DNA from: Nitrospinota bacterium
GTDB taxonomy: Bacteria; UBA8248
Direction: 5' to 3'
Assembly: GCA_046581755.1 (NCBI GenBank)
Contig: JAYGFR010000364.1
Location: 1-57,026 of the forward strand
DNA length: 57,026 nucleotides
The position numbers were made by a program, and so were the translations under genes. The notes beneath the pieces are model-generated. The model was not told where the DNA came from. It did no database searches and worked only from the letters and a program-made list of their open reading frames with translations. Within the stretch, counting starts at the first letter, position 1. Each line of letters begins with the position of its first letter. Positions 49,436 through 57,026 of the stretch are shown here, piece after piece.

Positions 49436-49987
49436 CTAGGATTCTCTGAAAGGAACGCCCAAAAGGCGGAGCAACGACCTTCCTTCCTCGTCGCTTGAGG
49501 CCGTCGTGTTGACGACGACGCCAAGCCCCCGCGAGTGGTCGATGGTATCGACATCGATTTCGGGAAAGATCACGTGATCCCGAATTCCGATGCTGTAATT
49601 TCCCCTGCCGTCAAACGCCTTGGAGCTTAGACCCCGGAAATCCCGAACGCGGGGCAGGGCCACGTTCACCAATCGGCTGAAAAAATCCCACATCGCTGTA
49701 TGCCGAAGGGTGACCATCGCCCCGATAGACATGCCCTCGCGAAGCTTGAAATTGGCAATCGACTTCTTGGCTTTCGTGACGACGGGCTTTTGCCCCGCAA
49801 TCACGGTCAACTGCGCGACGCCCTGCTCCAACGCCGATGCGCTCGCCACGGCCTCGCCCAAACCCATGTTCAGGGTAACCTTCCGGAGGCGGGGGACCTG
49901 CATCAGGTTCTTGTAGCCGAATTCCTTTTGCAAATCGGGAATCACCTGTTCGCGGTATTTCTTAAGCATCTCGGGTACATACGCCAT
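49436..49987 (-). CDS. rplE: 50S ribosomal protein L5
   Basis: [29 protein letters not shown]. Confidence 0.98.
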   Translation of the reverse strand: MAYVPEMLKKYREQVIPDLQKEFGYKNLMQVPRLRKVTLNMGLGEAVASASALEQGVAQLTVIAGQKPVVTKAKKSIANFKLREGMSIGAMVTLRHTAMWDFFSRLVNVALPRVRDFRGLSSKAFDGRGNYSIGIRDHVIFPEIDVDTIDHSRGLGVVVNTTASSDEEGRSLLRLLGVPFRES

Positions 49988-49999
49988 CTTTTTCCGTCC

Positions 50000-50335
50000 C
50001 TAAACCGAATCGAGCAGTTCGCCGCTGCGCTGAATCACCCGGACCCGGGTGCCGTCCTCGAGGAGCTTACGGCTCACCCGGGAAGGTTTTCCGGAAATCG
50101 GATCCACCGGCATGACGTTGCTGATATGAATCTTTCCCTCGCGCTCTATGATGCCGCCCTGCTGGTTATTCTGTGACGCCTTCGTGTGGCGCTTCATCAT
50201 GTTGATCTTCTCGACGATAACGCGGTTCTCGCCTTTTAAAACGTGAAGAATCTTTCCGCGCTTTCCCTTCTCGCGGCCGGCGATCACCTCAACGGTGTCC
50301 CCTTTTTTCACGTGGGTCTTACTTCTCTTCGCCAT
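50000..50335 (-). CDS. rplX: 50S ribosomal protein L24
   Basis: [27 protein letters not shown] 50335. Confidence 0.97.
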   Translation of the reverse strand: MAKRSKTHVKKGDTVEVIAGREKGKRGKILHVLKGENRVIVEKINMMKRHTKASQNNQQGGIIEREGKIHISNVMPVDPISGKPSRVSRKLLEDGTRVRVIQRSGELLDSV

Positions 50336-50345
50336 TCGAGCAGCC

Positions 50346-50714
50346 TCAAAGAACTTCCGCAGCCAGGGAGACGATGCGCATGAAGCGCTTCCTTCGCAAT
50401 TCCCGGGCAACGGGACCGAAAATGCGCGTTCCCACAGGCTCACGGGCATCGTTGATAATCACGATTGCATTGTCATCGAAACGGATATAGGTACCGTCCT
50501 CGCGGCCCGTTTCCTTTGCCGTCCGGACCACCACCGCGCGGCGAACCTCGCCCTTTTTCACCTGGCTGTTGGGCACCGCCTCCTTCACCGCAACGACGAT
50601 AATATCACCGACGCGGGCGTAGCGCTTTCGCGAGCCACCGAGCACCTTGATGCACTGGGCGCGCTTGGCTCCCGAATTGTCGGCCACGATGCAATTCGTC
50701 TGCATTTGAATCAC
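50346..50714 (-). CDS. rplN: 50S ribosomal protein L14
   Basis: [24 protein letters not shown]. Confidence 0.98.
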   Translation of the reverse strand: MIQMQTNCIVADNSGAKRAQCIKVLGGSRKRYARVGDIIVVAVKEAVPNSQVKKGEVRRAVVVRTAKETGREDGTYIRFDDNAIVIINDAREPVGTRIFGPVARELRRKRFMRIVSLAAEVL

Positions 50715-50738
50715 GGTACAGCCTCTCTTCCCCGCGCC

Positions 50739-51002
50739 CTATTGCGCGCGCTGGATCACGTCCAGCAGCCGCCAGCGTTTCTTCCGGCTGAGCGGGCGCG
50801 TTTCGATGATTCGCACCCGGTCTCCGGCCTTGAGGGTGTTCTCCGCATCGTGGACCAGGTATTTCTTCCGCCTGCGGACGACCCTCTTAAATCTCAGATG
50901 CTGGAATGTCCGGACAACCTCGACCGTAGCAGTCTTGTCCATCTTGTCGCTTACCACAATCCCGCTCCGCACCTTGCGGCGGCCGCGTTCCTCGTCGGCC
51001 AT
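50739..51002 (-). CDS. rpsQ: 30S ribosomal protein S17
   Basis: VVSDKMDKT, HD, ETRPLSRKKRW. Confidence 0.98.
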   Translation of the reverse strand: MADEERGRRKVRSGIVVSDKMDKTATVEVVRTFQHLRFKRVVRRRKKYLVHDAENTLKAGDRVRIIETRPLSRKKRWRLLDVIQRAQ

Positions 51003-51005
51003 GGC

Positions 51006-51224
51006 CTAGTTTCCCTCCGCGGAGGCGACCGTTTCCTGCGCCAGCCTCTCGTTTTTCGAATGATTGATTCTCGCCAGATCCCGGCGGACCGTGCGAATTC
51101 GCGCCGTATTGTCCAACTGGCCCGTCGCCTTGCGGAACTTGAGATTGAAAATCTCGGTTCGGAGCTCTTGCCCCTTCTCGTCCAACTCGACAGCGCTCAT
51201 TTCTCTGACTTCAATCATTTTCAT
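51006..51224 (-). CDS. rpmC: 50S ribosomal protein L29
   Basis: FNLKF...GQL...RRDLAR; operon position. Confidence 0.96.
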   Translation of the reverse strand: MKMIEVREMSAVELDEKGQELRTEIFNLKFRKATGQLDNTARIRTVRRDLARINHSKNERLAQETVASAEGN

Positions 51225-51643
51225 GACGAAATCCTTTGCGATACCGAGACAAACCGGGTCTTACAGGGAAGCTTACGGCCTGCCAGCCGGAGGGCCTCCT
51301 TGGCCACATCCGCCGGAACGCCGTCGAGTTCGTACAAAATCCGCCCGGCCCTGCAAGGCGCCACCCAAAACTCGGGCGCTCCCTTTCCTTTTCCCATTCT
51401 GACCTCGGCCGGCTTTTTACAAACCGGTTTATCCGGGAAAATGCGAATCCAGATGCGCCCGGATCTTTTCACATAACGCGTCATGGCAATCCGCGCCGCC
51501 TCGATCTGGCGGGCGGTGAGGCGCACCGTTTCGAGCGTCTGGAGGCCATAGCTGCCGAAAGCCAGCGTATCTCCGCCGCGCGCCTTGCCGCGCGTGCGGC
51601 CCTTTTGTTGTTTCCGGTACTTCGTGCGCTTGGGCTGCAACAT
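51221..51643 (-). CDS. rplP: 50S ribosomal protein L16
   Basis: [24 protein letters not shown]. Confidence 0.98.
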   Translation of the reverse strand: MLQPKRTKYRKQQKGRTRGKARGGDTLAFGSYGLQTLETVRLTARQIEAARIAMTRYVKRSGRIWIRIFPDKPVCKKPAEVRMGKGKGAPEFWVAPCRAGRILYELDGVPADVAKEALRLAGRKLPCKTRFVSVSQRISS

Positions 51644-51658
51644 CGCTCTGGCTGCTCC

Positions 51659-52330
51659 CTATCCCCTGGACGGCGGCACATCCGAGACCGGTCGCCGGCG
51701 CGTGGAGCGAATCATCTCTCCACGGAAAATCCACACCTTCACACCAACCACGCCGTAATTCGTCATCGACTCAGCAACGCCATAATCAATGTCGGCCCGT
51801 AGGGTTCCCAGCGGAACGCGCCCCTCCCGGTACCACTCCCTGCGCGCGATCTCAGCCCCGCTGAGCCTGCCGGCGCATTGAATTTTCACGCCCTTGGCCC
51901 CGAAGCGCATGGCCGATGTCACGGATTTTTTCATCGCACGACGGAAGGCGATGCGGCGCTCAAGCTGCATGGCGATGTTTTCGGCCACAAGCTGGGCGTC
52001 CACCTCGGCTCTGCGGATTTCCTTGATGTTGACGTACACCGGATTGCCCGTCAGCTCCTGAAGCTCGGCCTTGAGCTTGTCCACTTCCGCACCGCGCTTG
52101 CCGATGATGATCCCGGGCCGGGCGGTCCAGATGTTGATCCGTGCGCGGTTGCTTGCCCGCTCGATTTCAATGTGGCTCACGCCCGCGTGCGTCAGGCGTT
52201 TTTTGACAAATTCGCGGATTTTCAAATCAGCGTGCAGCAAATCCGCATAGTCGTGGTTGGCGAACCAAGTGGACTGCCACCCTCTGGTGATTCCAACCCG
52301 AAATCCGATCGGATGAACTTTCTGGCCCAT
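51659..52330 (-). CDS. rpsC: 30S ribosomal protein S3
   Basis: [21 protein letters not shown]-x-[14 protein letters not shown]. Confidence 0.98.
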   Translation of the reverse strand: MGQKVHPIGFRVGITRGWQSTWFANHDYADLLHADLKIREFVKKRLTHAGVSHIEIERASNRARINIWTARPGIIIGKRGAEVDKLKAELQELTGNPVYVNIKEIRRAEVDAQLVAENIAMQLERRIAFRRAMKKSVTSAMRFGAKGVKIQCAGRLSGAEIARREWYREGRVPLGTLRADIDYGVAESMTNYGVVGVKVWIFRGEMIRSTRRRPVSDVPPSRG

Positions 52331-52340
52331 GTACGCTCCT

Positions 52341-52676
52341 TTACTTCGGTTCGTCGAGAATCACTTGAACGTGGCAAGTTCGCTTTAAAATTCTTCCTGT
52401 CCTTCCCCGCGCCCGGGGCCGGAACCGCTTGACCGTGGGTCCCTGATCCACGGTGATGCGGTGGACGATCAAGGCATCGGGGTCGTCGTTTTCACCCTTT
52501 TCGCTTGCATTCGCGAGCGCGGAGCGGATGAGCTTTTCAATGTCCCGCGAGGCAAAACGCGCCGATAGATGGAGAAGCGTCAACGCCTCCGAGACGCGTT
52601 TTCCGCGGACCATATCTGCCAGCTGGCGCGTCTTTCTCGGCTTCGCTTTGTAATGCTTGAGCACCGCTTTGGACAT
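52341..52676 (-). CDS. rplV: 50S ribosomal protein L22
   Basis: PRK-x-R, SA-x-ANA, GP[12 protein letters not shown]. Confidence 0.97.
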   Translation of the reverse strand: MSKAVLKHYKAKPRKTRQLADMVRGKRVSEALTLLHLSARFASRDIEKLIRSALANASEKGENDDPDALIVHRITVDQGPTVKRFRPRARGRTGRILKRTCHVQVILDEPK

Positions 52677-52698
52677 TCTTCGCCTCGATAAATCCGGA

Positions 52699-52983
52699 TT
52701 ACTTGAGCGAGATCTGACGCTTGGTAATTCCGGAATGCCCCCGGTAGGTCCGGGTCGGGGAAAAATCCCCCAACTTGAAACCCACCATGTTCTCGGAAAC
52801 GTAAACGGGGATGAACTTCTTCCCGTTGTGCACCGCGAACGTGAACCCGATAAACTCAGGAATAATCGTTGAGCGCCGGGACCAAGTCCGAATCATCCGC
52901 TTGTCGCCGCTACCCGATTGGGCCTCGACCTTCTTTCGAAGGTGATCGTCAACAAATGGGCCTTTATGCAAAGAGCGGGGCAT
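52699..52983 (-). CDS. rpsS: 30S ribosomal protein S19
   Basis: [28 protein letters not shown]. Confidence 0.98.
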   Translation of the reverse strand: MPRSLHKGPFVDDHLRKKVEAQSGSGDKRMIRTWSRRSTIIPEFIGFTFAVHNGKKFIPVYVSENMVGFKLGDFSPTRTYRGHSGITKRQISLK

Positions 52984-53010
52984 CTTTTTCCTCCAGTTCT
53001 CTCAAACCGG

Positions 53011-53841
53011 TTACTTTTTCTTTTTCCGGCGCACGATAAATTTCGACGATGGCTTGTTCTTTTTACGCGTCTTATAGCCCTTGGTCGGCTTTCCCCACGG
53101 GGTGGCGGGGTGGCGGCCGCCCGAGCTTTTTCCCTCACCGCCGCCCAGCGGGTGGTCCACCGGGTTCATGGCGACGCCCCGGACATGGGGCCTGCGGCCG
53201 AGCCAACGGCTGCGCCCCGCCTTCCCAAAACTGACGTTCGAATGATCGGTATTTCCCACCTCACCGATGGTGGCATAGCACATCAAGAGAATCATCCGCA
53301 TCTCGCCCGAGGAGAGGCGGAATGTCGCGTAATTGCCCTCCTTGGCCATGAGCTGGGCGCTGGTCCCCGCGCTGCGGGCAATCTGCGCCCCTTTCCCCGG
53401 CTTCATCTCGATGTTGTGACAAATCGTTCCGTCGGGAATGTTCGAAATCGGGAGCGCGTTCCCCGGCTTAATGTCGGCTTCGGGCCCCGATACGAGCTCC
53501 TCACCCACCTGCAATCCGTTGGGTGCGATGATGTAGCGCTTTTCTCCGTCGCGGTAGACGATAAGGGCTACGCGGGCCGAGCGGTTCGGGTCGTACTCGA
53601 TCGAGCGGACCACGCCTGGCACCCCTGTCTTATCGCGCTTAAAATCGATCGTGCGGTAGCGCCGCTTGTGGCCCCCGCCGCGCCAGAACGATGTCGTCCG
53701 TCCGTGGTTGTTGCGCCCCCCCGATTTACTCAGGCCCCGGGTGAGGGATTTCTCGGGCTTCTCGCGTGTGATCTCTTCACGCGATACGATTGACATGAAA
53801 CGCCGGCCTGGCGATGTCGGCTTAAATTTCTTGAGTGGCAT
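53011..53841 (-). CDS. rplB: 50S ribosomal protein L2
   Basis: [34 protein letters not shown] 53841. Confidence 0.98.
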   Translation of the reverse strand: MPLKKFKPTSPGRRFMSIVSREEITREKPEKSLTRGLSKSGGRNNHGRTTSFWRGGGHKRRYRTIDFKRDKTGVPGVVRSIEYDPNRSARVALIVYRDGEKRYIIAPNGLQVGEELVSGPEADIKPGNALPISNIPDGTICHNIEMKPGKGAQIARSAGTSAQLMAKEGNYATFRLSSGEMRMILLMCYATIGEVGNTDHSNVSFGKAGRSRWLGRRPHVRGVAMNPVDHPLGGGEGKSSGGRHPATPWGKPTKGYKTRKKNKPSSKFIVRRKKKK

Positions 53842-53858
53842 CTGTTTCTCCGGATTCC

Positions 53859-54146
53859 TTACGCCGACTCGAAGAACTCGATTTGATCGCCCTCTTTGAG
53901 GGTGACCACGGCTTTTTTCCATGGCGGCCGCACGCCCATGTGCCGCCCCATCCGGACCCGCTTACCCGGCATCCGCATGGTGTTGACCTTGATGACGGTC
54001 ACGCCGAAGAGTTCCTGGACCGCTTCCTTGATTTGCGCCTTGTTCGCGTTGTTATTCACATCGAAAACGACCTTGTTGGCCTCTTCGCTGCTCATGACGC
54101 TTTTTTCCGTCACGCAGGGCCTTCGAATGACAGATGTCGGATCCAT
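53859..54146 (-). CDS. rplW: 50S ribosomal protein L23
   Basis: P-x-VTEKS, ANK-x-QIK-x-AV, KKAVVTL. ATG 54146. Confidence 0.97.
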   Translation of the reverse strand: MDPTSVIRRPCVTEKSVMSSEEANKVVFDVNNNANKAQIKEAVQELFGVTVIKVNTMRMPGKRVRMGRHMGVRPPWKKAVVTLKEGDQIEFFESA

Positions 54147-54148
54147 CT

Positions 54149-54775
54149 TTAACCCGCCAATCTTTGGACAATGGCCTCGAGGGCGCCCTTGGTGCACAAA
54201 AGGTGCTCGTGCGCCATGATGTCGTACACGTTGATCCCTTCGGCCCGAAGAGGCTTCGCCTTCGGAACGTTTTTCACCGCCATGAGGAAATGGGGGTGGT
54301 CGGCATCGCTGACCAAGAGCGTTTTCCCGGTGACTTCGAGGTTGCCGAGAACCCCGATCATGGCTCTCGTCTTGGCCACGGCGATTTCGAGGTTCGCGAC
54401 CACCTTCAACTTCCCCTCTTTCCACTTCAGGTTGAGCGCGCTCTTGAGTGCGCTGCGGCGCATTTTCTTGGGCATCTTTTGCGCATAACTGCGGGGCTTG
54501 GGACCAAAAACCGTTCCGCCGTGGCGCCAGATGGGGGATTTGACGTCTCCCGACCGCGCCCGGCCCGTGCCCTTCTGGCGCCAGGGTTTGGCCCCCGTCC
54601 CGGTGACCTCTTTCCGGGTCAGCGTCGAGTGCGTACCCGACCGGCGCTTGGCCAGTTGGTACTTCACCATCTGGAGAATCAGATGAAGCTTGACCTCGCC
54701 GTCAAACACCCCGGCGTGGAGCTCCATCTGCTCGATCACTTTTCCTTCTAAATCCAGAACGTCGATTTCCGGCAT
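54149..54775 (-). CDS. rplD: 50S ribosomal protein L4
   Basis: [14 protein letters not shown]-x-x-FGPKPR. Confidence 0.98.
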   Translation of the reverse strand: MPEIDVLDLEGKVIEQMELHAGVFDGEVKLHLILQMVKYQLAKRRSGTHSTLTRKEVTGTGAKPWRQKGTGRARSGDVKSPIWRHGGTVFGPKPRSYAQKMPKKMRRSALKSALNLKWKEGKLKVVANLEIAVAKTRAMIGVLGNLEVTGKTLLVSDADHPHFLMAVKNVPKAKPLRAEGINVYDIMAHEHLLCTKGALEAIVQRLAG

Positions 54776-54785
54776 GGTCTCTCTA

Positions 54786-55499
54786 TCAGCCTCCGCGCGC
54801 CGCGCGCTTGGAGGCCTTCAGCGGATTCAGGCTGCGGACCTGTTCTTTGGGCTTATCCCGCCCCCCACGCTGGCCCTTGACGCTCTTGCGCAGGAGGATA
54901 AAACCGCCGTTGGCGCCGGGAACCGAACCCCGAACAAAAATCAGATTATCTTCGGGGATCAGGTCAACGAGTAAAACGCTCTGGGTGGTGACCTGCTCGT
55001 TTCCCATATGCCCGGCCATCTTTTTTCCTTTGATGATCCGGCCGGGATATGCCGCGTTGCCCAGCGAACCGAGCCCGCGGTCGAACATCCCGCCGTGGGA
55101 CTTGGGGCCGCCGGAGAAACCGTGGCGCTTCATGCCACCGGCAAAGCCACGTCCCTTGCTCACGCCGGTGATGTCCAAGCGATCGCCGCGATCGAACACG
55201 GTGGCATCGATCACCGAACCGACCTCAAGCTCTTCGTCGTCCTCGCCGAGCGGCACTTCCTTGAGAACGCGGAAGGGCTGGACACCCGCCTTTTTGAAGT
55301 GCCCCATCATCGGCTTCGAAACGCCTTTTTCTTTTTTCGCCGCGAATCCCAGTTGCAGGGCCTCGTAGCCATCGGTCTTCAGCGTCTTTTTCTGAACGAC
55401 GGTGCATGGGCCGGCCTCCAGCACAGTTACCGGAATCGTCCCGCCGTCGGGGGAAAATACGCTGGTCATGCCCAATTTTCGGCCAAGCAAAAAATCCAT
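54786..55499 (-). CDS. rplC: 50S ribosomal protein L3
   Basis: [37 protein letters not shown]. Confidence 0.98.
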   Translation of the reverse strand: MDFLLGRKLGMTSVFSPDGGTIPVTVLEAGPCTVVQKKTLKTDGYEALQLGFAAKKEKGVSKPMMGHFKKAGVQPFRVLKEVPLGEDDEELEVGSVIDATVFDRGDRLDITGVSKGRGFAGGMKRHGFSGGPKSHGGMFDRGLGSLGNAAYPGRIIKGKKMAGHMGNEQVTTQSVLLVDLIPEDNLIFVRGSVPGANGGFILLRKSVKGQRGGRDKPKEQVRSLNPLKASKRAARGG

Positions 55500-55515
55500 C
55501 TGTCCGGTTCCTTAG

Positions 55516-55821
55516 TTACAGTTTAATTTCAACGTCAACGCCCGCCGCCAGCTCGAGCTTCATCAGGGCATCGACCGTCTGCTGGGTCGGGTCCATGATA
55601 TCGACTAGGCGTTTGTGCGTGCGAATTTCGAATTGCTCGCGGGATTTTTTATCGATATGCGGCCCGCGAAGCACCGTGTACTTGTTGATGGTCGTAGGCA
55701 GCGGAATGGGGCCGACCAGGACCGCTCCCGTGCGGCGCACGGTCTCGACTATCTCGCCCACCGATTGATCGAGCAAGCGATGATCGTATGCTTTCAGTCG
55801 TATCCGAATTTTCTGACTCAT
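55516..55821 (-). CDS. rpsJ: 30S ribosomal protein S10
   Basis: [23 protein letters not shown]. Confidence 0.98.
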   Translation of the reverse strand: MSQKIRIRLKAYDHRLLDQSVGEIVETVRRTGAVLVGPIPLPTTINKYTVLRGPHIDKKSREQFEIRTHKRLVDIMDPTQQTVDALMKLELAAGVDVEIKL

Positions 55822-55845
55822 ATCGCTCCCGGTTCCCTCGGGGAC

Positions 55846-57024
<1,179 letters not shown>

Positions 57025-57026
57025 GG

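Overview
Bacterial chromosomal window, probably from an uncultured lineage. The gene content suggests a Nitrospinota/Tectomicrobia- or deltaproteobacteria-like organism, but that is inference only. Left to right: (1) the 5' end of an HNH endonuclease gene divergent from PBP1A. (2) A ~5.8 kb accessory patch (2.5-8.3 kb) between the convergent 3' ends of mrcA and ftsY, holding an orphan Phd/YefM antitoxin, an M48 lipoprotein peptidase, a zinc deaminase and an uncharacterised, frameshifted two-gene locus, all separated by a family of related repeats and hairpins. (3) A core block of unusually low GC: M23-gammaCA-ppx / yceD-rpmF-plsX-fabH-fabD-acpP-fabF-rnc-smc-ftsY, with fabG missing. (4) cinA plus small-molecule metabolism genes. 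(5) An HMG-CoA-lyase-family gene next to a Na+-translocating acyl-CoA decarboxylase operon with a family III CoA-transferase, GntR and a methyltransferase. (6) A frameshifted alanine dehydrogenase and a thioesterase. (7) The complete tuf-S10-spc-alpha ribosomal supercluster on the minus strand. No rRNA, tRNA, CRISPR array, integrase or transposase was recognised. Three single-base frameshifts in short homopolymers suggest long-read assembly errors. The best novelty candidates are the repeat-delimited cassette-like patch and its two-gene locus (an Ig-like SPDIW protein plus a hydrophobic-hairpin/choice-of-anchor-X-like protein).
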